Below, in pieces: positions 44,735 through 57,264 of a stretch of DNA of 64,000 bases. The DNA is from an uncultured Acidobacteriota bacterium (GTDB lineage: Bacteria > Acidobacteriota > Thermoanaerobaculia > Gp7-AA8), in NCBI GenBank assembly GCA_963793695.1, contig CAWCBB010000008.1, forward strand, positions 6,833 through 70,832. The letters are read 5' to 3'. The position numbers and the translations under genes are program-made. Within the stretch, counting starts at the first letter, position 1. Each line of letters opens with the position of its first letter. Below the pieces are notes generated by a model, which worked only from the letters and a program-made list of their open reading frames with translations, made no database searches and was not told the origin of the DNA.

Positions 44735-45430
44735 ATGACGGATCAAGCGAACACCAACGGCAAGCACCTGATCGAGATGCACGAGCTGGTCAGGGTGTAT
44801 GAAATGGGCGCGGAGAAGGTGTACGCGCTCCGCGGCGTGAATCTCACGGTCGAACACGCGGAGTACGTGGCGATCATGGGGCCGTCCGGGTCGGGGAAAT
44901 CGACGCTGATGAACATCATCGGCTGTCTCGACTCGCCGAGCTCGGGCCGGTACCTCCTCGACGGGACCTCCGTCGACACGATGAACGAGGACGAGCTCGC
45001 GGCGGTACGGAACAAGAAGATCGGCTTCGTCTTCCAGACCTTCAACCTCTTGGCGCGGACGACGGCGCTCCACAATGTCGAGCTCCCGCTCATTTACGCG
45101 CGCATTCCCCGCGCGGAGCGGCGCGCGCGCGCCGAGCAGGTGCTGGCCGAAGTCGGCCTCGCCGACCGGATGCATCACCAGCCCAACGAGCTCTCCGGCG
45201 GGCAGCGGCAGCGGGTCGCGATCGCGCGCGCCCTGGTGAACCGCCCCTCGCTGCTCCTGGCCGACGAGCCGACCGGAAATCTCGACTCGAAGACCGGCCG
45301 GGAGATCCTCGACCTGTTCCGCAACCTCGCCGACCGCGGCAACTCGATCATCCTGGTCACGCACGAGGAAGACGTCGCCGCCGAGGCGACGAGGATCATC
45401 CACATCCGCGACGGGATCATCGCGAACTGA
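44735..45430 (+). CDS. MacB/LolD-type ABC transporter ATP-binding protein
   Basis: [49 protein letters not shown]...[15 protein letters not shown]...[11 protein letters not shown]. Confidence 0.85.
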   Translation: MTDQANTNGKHLIEMHELVRVYEMGAEKVYALRGVNLTVEHAEYVAIMGPSGSGKSTLMNIIGCLDSPSSGRYLLDGTSVDTMNEDELAAVRNKKIGFVFQTFNLLARTTALHNVELPLIYARIPRAERRARAEQVLAEVGLADRMHHQPNELSGGQRQRVAIARALVNRPSLLLADEPTGNLDSKTGREILDLFRNLADRGNSIILVTHEEDVAAEATRIIHIRDGIIAN

Positions 45431-45550
45431 GGGTCTGGGAGTCTCGGCGTCTGGGGAGTCGCTTCGCCTATACCCGTGATTCATGTCTCTATGGCTCGAA
45501 CCGCTCAGGTGCAGACTCTGTATTGGCCGAGGCCTAGTCTCCTAGACGCC
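45430..45550. repeat. family D inverted pair (GGGTCTGGGAGTCTCGGCGTCTGGGGAGTC ... CTAGTCTCCTAGACGCCTAGACTTCCAGACGCG)
   Basis: Intercistronic between the macB ATPase stop and the permease start (45568). Confidence 0.65.
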
Positions 45551-45567
45551 TAGACTTCCAGACGCGC

Positions 45568-46794
45568 ATGTTCTCCGAAAACCTCAAGATCGCGCTCAAG
45601 GCCCTCTGGGCCAACAAGATGCGCTCGATCCTCACGACGCTGGGGATCATCATCGGCGTCGCGTCGGTCATCGCCGTGGTCTCGCTGGTTCAGGGGATGG
45701 AGCACGGCATCGCGACCGAGCTCGAGGGCGTCGGCGCGACCTACATCCGGGTCGTCCCCGACGCCGGCGAGCAGCGGAACACCTTCAACCCGAAGATCCC
45801 CTCTCTCACGTACGACGACGGCGTCGCGGTCCTGAACGGGTCGCCGGAGATCGTCGAGTTCACGCCGATCTTCTTCCGCAACGCCGAGCTGCGGATCGGC
45901 GACACGCGCCACTCCGCGACCATGCTCGGCGTGAGCGAGTCCTACCAGGACGTCGTGAACCACTGGGTGGACCGCGGTCGTTTCTTCACGCCGCTCGACA
46001 TCGCCGAGAAGAAGCGCGTCGCCACGATCGGCATCGAAGCCGCCCGGAAGCTCGGGATCGGCGACGAACCGATCGGGAAGCTCGTCCGGATCGAGGGGAA
46101 CGCCTTCACGATCGTCGGCACGATGGAAAAGAAGGGCCAGATGTTCGCGCAGGACCAGGACGACCTGGTCCTGATCCCCTTCACGACGTCGAGCGCCCTC
46201 TACGGCCCCGAGGCCGTGCGCACGCTGATCCTCGACTTCCAGGCGGCCTCGGCCAGCTCGACCGACCTCGCCCGCGAGCAGATCCGGGACATCCTCCGCT
46301 CCCGCCACGGCCTTCGAAAGGAAGAGCAGAAGGACGACTTCCGGATCGTCCTCCAGGAAGAGATCCTCGAAGCCGTCGGCAAGGCGCTCATGATGACGTC
46401 CCTCATCATGGCCGCGATCGTCGGGATCGCGCTCCTCGTCGGCGGCATCGGCATCATGAACATCATGCTGGTGTCCGTCACCGAGCGGACGCGCGAGATC
46501 GGCGTGCGGAAGGCGGTCGGCGCGCGGCGGCAGGACGTCCTGCTGCAGTTCCTCATCGAGGCGATCGCGCTCTCGGGACTCGGCGGGGTGGTCGGCATCG
46601 GGCTGGGCGTGGGGCTCGCCATGGCCGTCCGCCAACTCCTCACGAAGTGGGTCACCTTCCCGCCCGTCCACACGCCCCTCTGGGCGATCGTCCTCGCGTT
46701 CACCTTCTGCGGCGCGCTGGGGATCATCTTCGGGATCTATCCCGCGGCCAAAGCCTCGAAGCTCGATCCGATCGACGCGCTCCGCTACGAGTAG
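45568..46794 (+). CDS. MacB-type ABC transporter permease (FtsX family)
   Basis: MacB periplasmic domain plus 4 transmembrane helices. ...GIGIMNIMLVSVTERTREIGVRKAVGA... Clean. Confidence 0.85.
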   Translation: MFSENLKIALKALWANKMRSILTTLGIIIGVASVIAVVSLVQGMEHGIATELEGVGATYIRVVPDAGEQRNTFNPKIPSLTYDDGVAVLNGSPEIVEFTPIFFRNAELRIGDTRHSATMLGVSESYQDVVNHWVDRGRFFTPLDIAEKKRVATIGIEAARKLGIGDEPIGKLVRIEGNAFTIVGTMEKKGQMFAQDQDDLVLIPFTTSSALYGPEAVRTLILDFQAASASSTDLAREQIRDILRSRHGLRKEEQKDDFRIVLQEEILEAVGKALMMTSLIMAAIVGIALLVGGIGIMNIMLVSVTERTREIGVRKAVGARRQDVLLQFLIEAIALSGLGGVVGIGLGVGLAMAVRQLLTKWVTFPPVHTPLWAIVLAFTFCGALGIIFGIYPAAKASKLDPIDALRYE

Positions 46795-46821
46795 GGGCGC
46801 CCTGCGGGCGCCGCGGCCCTG

Positions 46822-46900
46822 CGGAGAACGAAGAACGAAGAACGGGCGCGCGCAGCGCGCCCCTACGATGACGAAATCGGTCTTGCCGATTTCGTCATTT
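46822..46900. terminator. composite 3' region: a GAGAACG heptamer array, a REP-like palindrome (46844-46866) and a perfect 11-bp hairpin GACGAAATCGG-tcttgc-CCGATTTCGTC
   Basis: It lies between the convergent macB permease (+) and efp (-) genes. gcggagaacgaagaacgaagaacgg is adjacent to the REP. Confidence 0.5.
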
Positions 46901-47452
46901 GGCCCGCTCGATGTAGCTGTTGTCGCTCGGGTCGATGATCAGCTCCGTTCCCTCGTCGATGAACGGGGGAACCTGGACCACGATCCCGTTCTCGAGCGTG
47001 GCGGGCTTGTACGAGGCGGAGGCGGTCGCCCCCTTCACGAGCGGCTGGGTCTCGGCGACCTTCGCGCGGATCGTCTTCGGCAGCTCGACCCCGATCGGCC
47101 GCTGCTCGTAGAACTGCACCTGGAGCTTGAGACCCGGAGAGAGCCACTGCGCCGCCGGGCCGAGGTCCTGAGCGGAGATCTCGACCTGCTCGTAGCTTTC
47201 CGTGTTCAGGAAGTGATGGGCCGCCGCGTCGGAGTACATGTGCTCCATCTCGTGGGTCTCGATGAACGCCTGTTCGATCGTGTCGCCCGACCGGAACCGA
47301 TGCTCGAACTGGTTTCCCGTCCGGAGATTCCGGAGCTTCGCCTGAACCATCGCGCGAAGGTTTCCGGGGGTGTGATGGCGGAACTCCATCACTTTGCACA
47401 GGTCTCCGTTGAACAGGATCACCATGCCGTTGCGAAGATCGTTTGCCTGCAT
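46895..47452 (-). CDS. efp: elongation factor P
   Basis: MQANDLRNGMVILFNGDLCKVMEFRHHTPGNLRAMVQAKLRNLRTGNQFEHRF..., 185 aa, clean. Confidence 0.9.
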   Translation of the reverse strand: MQANDLRNGMVILFNGDLCKVMEFRHHTPGNLRAMVQAKLRNLRTGNQFEHRFRSGDTIEQAFIETHEMEHMYSDAAAHHFLNTESYEQVEISAQDLGPAAQWLSPGLKLQVQFYEQRPIGVELPKTIRAKVAETQPLVKGATASASYKPATLENGIVVQVPPFIDEGTELIIDPSDNSYIERAK

Positions 47453-47658
47453 CGGTCAGCCCTTCTTTTCTGAGGTTGCGCGCCGCGCGCGGCGGCCACC
47501 CACGTCCGTCGCGCCAAACCGGCGCGGAGAAGGAGGTTATTCCGGGTGGCATCGGACGCGGACCCTGGGACCGATGGGGCGGATCGGTCTGGCGTCCTCA
47601 TGAGGAGGAAGCTGGCATCCTTCCGGTGACGCCCGTTACGCGACTTCGGCGGGGACGC

Positions 47659-47664
47659 GCTACA
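47659..47664 (+). promoter_or_regulatory. candidate -10 hexamer (TACAAT) in the divergent efp/pilT intergenic region
   Basis: cgcgcTACAATcctcg, about 60 nt upstream of the pilT GTG start. No clean -35 was found. Confidence 0.2.
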
Positions 47665-47722
47665 ATCCTCGTAACTTTCCAGCGTATTTTGGGCCAACAA
47701 CGGAAACATCCGAGGTGATTCG

Positions 47723-48903
47723 GTGCACATCAACGACCTTCTGAAGATCGCCGCCGAGCGGCGCGCGTCCGACCTCCACATCAAGGTCGGCTCCCATCCC
47801 GTCATCCGCGTCGACGGCGAGCTGATCCCGCTCGTCGAGCTCAAGCGCCTCATGCAGGAAGACACCATCGCGATGGCGTTCTCGATGATGTCCTCCCGGC
47901 AGAAGGAGAAGTTCAAGAACAACTTCGAGATCGACTTCGCCTACTCGGTCCCCGGCCTCGGCCGGTTCCGCTGCAACATCTTCCAGCAGCGCGGCACGGT
48001 CGGCCTCGTCCTCCGCGTCATTCCCGGTGAAGATCAACTACGATCCGCGAGCTGATGCTCCCGAACATCCTCGAGAAGATCTGCGAGGAGCGGCGCGGGC
48101 TGATCCTCTGCACCGGGACGACGGGCTCGGGCAAGTCGACCACGCTCGCGGCGATGATCGACTACATCAACTCGCACCGCACCGAGCACATCATCACCGT
48201 CGAGGACCCGATCGAGTTCCTCCACCGCGACAAGAAGTCGATCGTCAATCAGCGCGAGGTCGAGGTCGACACGAAGAGCTTCTCGCAGGCCCTCCGCTCG
48301 GCCCTCCGCCAGGACCCCGACGTCATCCTCGTCGGCGAGATGCGCGACTACGAGACGATCGAGACGGCGCTGACCGCCGCCGAGACCGGCCACCTCGTCC
48401 TCTCGACGCTCCACACCCTCGACGCGACCGAGACGATCAACCGCATCATCTCCGTCTTCCCGCCGCACCAGCAGAAGCAGATCCGCCTGCAGCTCGCGGC
48501 CGTCCTCAAGGCGGTCGTCTCGCTCCGCCTCCTCCCGCGCGCGGACGGTCTGGGCCGCGTGCCGGCGGCCGAGGTCCTGATCAGCACGAACTACATCCGG
48601 GACTGCATCGAGAACAAGGAAAAGACGAAGCTGATCAAGGACGCGATCACGCAGGGGACCTCGCAGTACGGGATGCAGACGTTCGACCAGTCGATCTACA
48701 CGCTCTATCGCAACGGCCTGATCACCCTCGACGAGGCGCTGCGCCGCGCCACGAACCCGGACGAGTTCAAGCTCAAGATCCAGGGCGTCCAGTCGACCTC
48801 CGACATTGCGCGCGAGGAGATGGACGGGCAGCTCAAGGTCGCCTCCGACAACGATCCGTTCAGCGAGGAGTCGCCGTTCGATTTCGGGAACCAGCTGCCG
48901 TAG
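47723..48903 (+). CDS. pilT: type IV pilus twitching-motility ATPase PilT; one frameshift near nt 48030
   Basis: GTG start after GAGGTGA. MHINDLLKIAAERRASDLHIKVGSHPVIRVDGELIPL... Second frame: LILCTGTTGSGKSTTLAAMIDYIN...VEDPIEFLHRDKKSIVNQREV...MQTFDQSIYTLYRNGLITLDEAL. Confidence 0.85.
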
Positions 48904-48933
48904 GGCAGCTGGTTCCTGAACGCGCCTGCGGCG

Positions 48934-49034
48934 CAAATGCAAAATGCAAAATGCAAAATGAAAAATACAAAAAGGGGCTGATGCCATAATCCCCCTTTTG
49001 GACTTTTCATTTTGCATTTTGCATTTTGCATTTG
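48934..49034. repeat. heptamer array family A inverted pair with a near-perfect 40-bp stem and a 13-nt loop
   Basis: caaatgcaaaatgcaaaatgcaaaatgaaaaatacaaaaagggg ctgatgccataat ccccttttggacttttcattttgcattttgcattttgcatttg, between pilT and recX. Confidence 0.9.
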
Positions 49035-49041
49035 TCTTCTG

Positions 49042-49545
49042 ATGGCGATGTCCGACCAATCTCCCGAGGACCGCTGCTACCACGCCGCCCTCCGCCTGCT
49101 CGGCTACCGCTTCCGGAGCGAGGCCGAGCTGCGCAAGCGGCTCCGCGAGAAGGAGCACGAGGCCGAGGCGATCGACACGGCGCTCGCGCGGCTCCGCGGC
49201 GAGGGTTGGATCGACGACGCCCGGTTCGCGAGCGTGCTCGCCGAATCGAAGAGCCGGAAGGGAATCGGCCCGAAACGCGTCGGGCTCGAGCTGCGGCGCC
49301 TCGGCGTCGACGACGAGATCGCGGGCGCAGCCATCCACGGCGCCGATCCGGAGACGGCCGAGAGCGACCTTGCCTCCCTCGTCCGGAAGCGCATCCGGAT
49401 CCTCGGCCGCAGCCACGGTCCCGGATGGGTGCCCGGCGAAGGACGACCGAAAGAAATTGCTGGTGTATCTGTTACGGCAGGGATACGAGTACGCCGCCGC
49501 CGGTCAGGCGCTCGACGCAGGCCTCGAAGAAGGGACGCGATTGTT
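49042..49545 (+). CDS. recX: regulatory protein RecX; one frameshift near nt 49420; the 3' end is uncertain because the reading frame runs into the heptamer array
   Basis: MAMSDQSPEDRCYHAALRLLGYRFRSEAELRKRLREKEHEAEAIDTALARLRGEGWIDDARFASVLAES..., then DDRKKLLVYLLRQGYEYAAAGQALDAGLEEG in a second frame. Confidence 0.7.
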
Positions 49546-49650
49546 GCAGATCGCAGATTGCAGATTGCAGTTGGAATCGCCGCATGATTCCGAACGACAT
49601 GGCGAACGTCCGAGCGATGGTTTCAATCTGCAATCTGCGACAATCTGCAA
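49544..49650. repeat. heptamer array family B inverted pair, (GCAGATY)x4 ... 50 nt ... (AATCTGC)x3, ending 10 nt before the alaS ATG
   Basis: ttgcagatcgcagattgcagattgcag ... tcaatctgcaatctgcgacaatctgcaag. Confidence 0.8.
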
Positions 49651-49657
49651 GCGCTGA

Positions 49658-52342
<2,685 letters not shown>

Positions 52343-52346
52343 TCGG

Positions 52347-53174
52347 ATGAAGGGCTTCCCCCAACTCCAACTCCGCACCCGAGCGCGAATCGCCCACCTC
52401 CGGTTCCTGGACGCGTGGGACGTGGTCACGCGCCGCAAAGCGCCGATGACGCCTTCGCGCGTTCGGGTCGCCGCCGTCGGAGGGGGCGACTTTCACGAGA
52501 TCGGCGGACATCTCGCGCGGCTGGTCATCGACGTCGCCGGGCTCCAGCCCCACGAGCGTGTCCTCGACGTCGGCTGCGGCGTGGGCCGCGTCGCCGTGCC
52601 GTTGACGCGCTACCTCACGAGAGGGGAGTACACCGGGTTCGACGTATCGACGTCGGCGATCGCGTGGTGCCGCCGCGAGATTTCCTCGCGCCATCCGAAT
52701 TTCTCGTTCATCCCGGTCGACATCTTCAACAGCCACTACAACCCGCGCGGGACGGTGCAGCCGACCGAGTTCACGTTTCCGTGCGCCGACGGATCGGTCG
52801 ACGTGGCGTTTCTCGGCTCGCTCCTGACGCATCTCACGCCGGGGGCGGCGGCTCAGTACGTCGCCGAGACCTCCCGGGTCCTCAAGCCCGGGGGACGCGC
52901 CGTGATGACCTTTTTTCTCCTCGACGACGAGGTCCGCGCCAAGTCGCGTCGCCTCGAGCTCACGCCGTCGTTCCAGACCTTCCCCGAGCCATGGTGGGCG
53001 GTGCAGGACCCGGACGATCCGGAAGCCGCGGTCGCGTACGACCTGCCGGCGGTGGAGGCCGCTCTCGCGGGTCGGGGCCTCGAGGTCCTGGAGATCTCGC
53101 GCGGCGGCTGGTCGGGCCATGCGAGCTCGCGGACGTATCAGGACCTCGTCCTGGCGAGAAAAAGGCCGGCGTAA
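52347..53174 (+). CDS. class I SAM-dependent methyltransferase
   Basis: VLDVGCGVGRVAVPL (motif I)...VDVAFLGSLLTHL...LKPGGRAVMTFF. Clean. Confidence 0.75.
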   Translation: MKGFPQLQLRTRARIAHLRFLDAWDVVTRRKAPMTPSRVRVAAVGGGDFHEIGGHLARLVIDVAGLQPHERVLDVGCGVGRVAVPLTRYLTRGEYTGFDVSTSAIAWCRREISSRHPNFSFIPVDIFNSHYNPRGTVQPTEFTFPCADGSVDVAFLGSLLTHLTPGAAAQYVAETSRVLKPGGRAVMTFFLLDDEVRAKSRRLELTPSFQTFPEPWWAVQDPDDPEAAVAYDLPAVEAALAGRGLEVLEISRGGWSGHASSRTYQDLVLARKRPA

Positions 53175-53234
53175 TCGCGGGAAGGCGACGGGACCCGGAC
53201 CCGAAACGGCTGGCCGAATTTTCGCGCGGCCGCG

Positions 53235-53432
53235 GTGTACGATGGGCTCGATGCTCCTTCTCTTTCTCCCTTCCCCCCCATGCTCGTCGCGCTCATCGTC
53301 GCCTTCATCGTCACGGCCGCGCGCGTCGACGCGACGGCTGCCGCCCTCTTCCTTCCGTACGCGCTCTGGGTCGCGTTCGCCACCGCGCTCAACTTCGCGA
53401 TCTGGCGGCTGAATCCGGTCGCCGGCGCCTGA
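53235..53432 (+). pseudogene. TspO/MBR-family C-terminal fragment (about 50 aa), N-terminally truncated
   Basis: AALFLPYALWVAFATALNFAIWRLN matches the conserved TspO C-terminus (..YL.WV.FA..LN..IW.LN). Only 258 bp are available after the methyltransferase stop. Confidence 0.4.
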
Positions 53433-53445
53433 TCGCGGCGAGACC

Positions 53446-53880
53446 ATGCGCCTCTGGACCCTCCATCCCCGCTATCTCGACGCGAAGGGACTCGTCGCCG
53501 CGTGGCGGGAATCGCTCCTGGCTCAGAAAGTCCTGCGCGGGGAGACGCGCGGCTATCGCCGGCATCCGCAGCTCGAGCGCTTTCGCCTCCATGACGATCC
53601 CGCCGCCATGATCGCCTCGTATCTCCGGCCGCTCCGCGCGGAAGCGCTCGCGCGCGGGTACCGGTTCGATGGCTCCAGGATCGTCAGCGCGGCCTCCTGC
53701 GGCGCCGTCGAGGAGACCGAGGGTCAGTTGCTCTTCGAGTGGGGTCATCTGCTCGGGAAGCTGGCGGTCCGTGCGCCGGCGCTCCACCGCGAGCTGCTCT
53801 CGGTCGCGCATCCGGAGCCGCATCCTCTGTTCACGATCGTCGCGGGGCCGAAGCGGGATTGGGAGAAGGCGGGCGGCTGA
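53446..53880 (+). CDS. pyrimidine-dimer DNA glycosylase family protein (T4 endonuclease V-like)
   Basis: MRLWTLHPRYLDAKGLVAAWRESLLAQKVLRGETRGYRRHPQLERF is the conserved N-terminus of this family. Confidence 0.65.
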   Translation: MRLWTLHPRYLDAKGLVAAWRESLLAQKVLRGETRGYRRHPQLERFRLHDDPAAMIASYLRPLRAEALARGYRFDGSRIVSAASCGAVEETEGQLLFEWGHLLGKLAVRAPALHRELLSVAHPEPHPLFTIVAGPKRDWEKAGG

Positions 53881-53952
53881 TCTTGCGCGCCGGGTCCTGA
53901 GAGAGCGATGAGGATCGGACGCGGTATGCCGCAGGCGGGACGGCAGCGGACT

Positions 53953-56629
53953 TCAGTTCTTCTTCACGAGCGCTTCGAACCGCGCGTTGCCGCGGAGCGG
54001 GATGAAGTTCGGGTCGACGCGCAGCCACGCTCGCGTCATCGGGTGGAAAACGGTCAGCAGTCGCTGGAGCGTGTCGACAGCCTCGTCGTAGTTCTCCGAG
54101 CCGAACCTGCGCTACCGCGACCGTCTCGAGAACCCAGCCGAGAGGGAGGTCGTTGACGCGGGGCGCGAGAGCGATCGCGCGCTCGATGTGGTGCTCCGCT
54201 TCCTGTCTTCGTCCGAGGAGCGCGGCAACGCGCGCGATCGAGGCGTGAAGGAGAGCTTCATCTCCCTTCGACGCGAGCTCTTCGAGATAAGCCTTGCGGG
54301 CCTCTTCCGCGTATCGTCCGCGCCTCGGTCTCGTTTCCACGAAGCATCTGCTCGGAGGCCAGCGCGTCACCCCATCGCCCCCGATTTCCGTCGAACGCGC
54401 CGGCCGGCAATCGCGTGATCAGCTCTCGTTGCGCCTGGTCGAACACCCACGTATTGGCCGGATAGAGCCGGAGGTACGAGCCGAGCGCGCGCGGCTCCTC
54501 GGCGTCGGCGATCGACGCTGCCGTGGCGTGCGCCGAGGCGACGTCGCCTTCCTGCAGGAACGTCGAGACCTTCTCGAAAACGAAGTAGTCCCGGGTCGGG
54601 TGGATCTCCAGGGCCCGGTCGATTTCCACCCGCGCTTCGCGGGGCTTCTTGAGGAGGATGAGCGTCGACGCGAGCGTGGCGGGGTTCTCCCACTTGCGCG
54701 GATCGAGCTCCGCGGCGCGGCGGAGCAGGGCGAGCGCCTCGGTTACTGCCCCAGCTCGCGTTCCGAGAGCCGAGGTTCCGCAACAGGTCGGCGTTGTCGG
54801 GGGCGAGCTCGACTCCCCGCCTGAAGGAGGCGAGCGCCGCGGCGGAGTCCCTGGCGATGACGCGATGGTAGATCCCCATCGCGAGGTGAGCCTGCGGAAG
54901 GTCCGGCGCGAGCTCGATCGCCCTCTGGACGGCCACGCGCGCGCGATCGGCGGCGCCCGGGTCACGGACCAGCTGCTTCGCGAGTCGCGCGAGCACTTCC
55001 CCGAGACTCGCCCAGGCGAGAGCGAACTGCGGGTCGAGCGCCACGGCCTCTTCGAAATGGGCGGCCGCTTCACGGTGCACGGCAGGTCCCCATTCGCGGT
55101 CGTAGGCCGCGCGGCCGCGCATGTACGCATCGTAGGCCGCGAGGTTCGACGTCGGGCGGGCGCCGATGCGCTTCGCGTCGCCCGCGCCGATCGCGATCTC
55201 CAGCGCCTGTGCGACCTGCGTCGCGATGCGGCCCTGCACCTCGAACACGTCGGCGAGATCCGCCTCGTAGGCGTGCTGCCACCGCGTGACGGGCGCGCTC
55301 TTCCCCGACACCTCGACCAGCTCGGGGGAGACGAGAATGCGGCTGGTCTCTCCCGATTTCTGCCATCGCACCGTCCCGTCAGCAGGTGCGACACGCCGAG
55401 CTCGCGGGCGATCTCGGCGGGAGAGCGGGTCGTCTGCCTGTAGGTGTTCGAGCTGGCGCGCGCGATGACCGCGAGCCCTTCAGCGCCGACGAGCTTCCCG
55501 CGCACTTCGTCCGTCATCCCATCGGCGAAATAGCCGTCCTCCGGCGCGCCGAGGTTCTCGAAGGGGAGGACGGCGATGCGCGTCTCCGCCGTCGAGGGTG
55601 CAGCCGGCGGATGCCGGCACCGCGCTCGGCGGACTCGCGCTTCGCTCCCGCAGCATCACGAAAGCGCCGGCAGCGATCGCGAGCAGGACGACGGCGGCGG
55701 CGATCGCCGGAAGCGCGCGGCGCAGCGGCTTCGACGCGGGGGGAGCCACGTCGACGGCGGGGGAGGAGCCGTCGCGGCGCAGGCGGAGGAGCTGGGCGCG
55801 GATCTCGGCGGCGCTCTGGATCCGGAGCTCGCGCTGTTTCTCCAGAGCGCCGAGGATGACCTGATCGAGAGCGGGAGGGATCGCCGGGTTGAGCCGCGAC
55901 GGCGGATCCGGGTGCTGGTTGAGGATCCCCGCGAGGATCACGGCGGCCGTCGCACCGCGAAAGGGGGGAACGCCGGTCGCCATTTCGTAAAGGACCGCGC
56001 CGAACGAGAAGAGGTCGGCGCGGGCGTCGACCGGTTCGCCGCGCGCCTGCTCGGGCGACATGTAGGCGGTCGTCCCTATCGTCGTTCCTGGAGATGTGAG
56101 CTCCTCCGGGGCGATGAACGTGCTGCCGTCCGGATCGCTCTCTCTCGCGGCGTCCGGCGACCGCTCGAGTCTCGCGAGTCCGAAATCGAGCAGTTTCGCG
56201 TCGCCTCGCTTCGTCACGAACAGGTTCGCCGGCTTCACGTCGCGGTGGACGATTCCGGCGCCGTGCGCGGCGGCGAGCGCGTCGGCGATCTCGCTTCCGA
56301 TCGCGAGGAGCCGCTCGAGAGGCAGCAGGCTTGCCGCCGATGACGCTTCGCAGCGTCTCTCCTTCGAGCTTCTCCATGACGATGAAGGGGCGCCCCTCGT
56401 GCTCGCCGATGTCGTGGATCGTGCAGATGTGAGGGTGATTGAGCCCGGACGCCGCCTCCGCTTCGCGCCGGAAGCGCTGAAGCGCGGCGTCGTCCGCGAT
56501 GTGCTCCGGAAGAAACTTGAGCGCGACGCGCCGGCGCAGGCGAACATCCTCGGCGTCGTAGACGACGCCCATTCCGCCGCCGCCGAGCTTCGAGAGCACG
56601 CGATAGTGCGAGACCATTTCGCCGATCAT
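53953..56629 (-). CDS. Ser/Thr protein kinase, then a transmembrane helix, a TolB_N-like domain and TPR repeats; 4 or more frameshifts
   Basis: [36 protein letters not shown], then [11 protein letters not shown]...DFGLA...YMSPEQ. A transmembrane helix ([22 protein letters not shown]), then [27 protein letters not shown] (TolB_N-like), TPR repeats ([21 protein letters not shown]), and the C-terminus ..[16 protein letters not shown]. Confidence 0.75.
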
Positions 56630-56797
56630 GGGGACTTCGAAGGATGATACGCGCACTCTGCCGGATTACACGTCAGCACCGGCATGGGGCGGATGCGTGC
56701 GCCGCAGCTGGTCGTCATCCCCATGGTGTGCGTGGGGCTCCCGATCGCGCTCGCGGCCGTCGCCGCAGGCCATGACGGGAAAACTGCAGCCGACGTG

Positions 56798-57190
56798 ATG
56801 ATCGACACGCCTTCGCGTAAACGTCGGGATTCCTCGGGGCGTCCAATCGCGGTGCTGGTGCGCTGTCTCGTCTTCGTCGTTCTTTTTCTCGCCGCGGCGG
56901 TTCCCGCCGGTGGCGAGCGGAGGCGGCCAGTGGTTCGGACGCAAGTCGAGATCGAGATCGTTCGCGACGTGACGTACGGCGTCGTCGGATCGACCGCGCT
57001 GAAGCTCGACATCGTCCGGCCGAAGACGAACGCAATAATCCCCGCAGTGGTCTTCATCCATGGCGGCGGGTGGGTATCGGGAGACAAGGGCGGCGGCATC
57101 GCTTCCCTCATGCCGCTCGCGCGCCGCGGCTATTTCGGCGCGACGATCCCAGAGATCCGGGAGATTGAGTTCGATACGGGAAGCGGCGGG
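56798..57190 (+). pseudogene. alpha/beta-hydrolase (esterase/lipase) N-terminal fragment, truncated after about 125 aa
   Basis: Signal peptide, then DVTYGVVGSTALKLDIVRPKTNAIIPAVVFIHGGGWVSGDK. The expected continuation through the nucleophile elbow is absent. Confidence 0.4.
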
Positions 57191-57264
57191 TGGTCACTGA
57201 TGGCGCTTGCGGCGGGTCCTCGTCGCCGGCTGCTATCATTCGAATCGCTCGAAAGGGGGATCCC

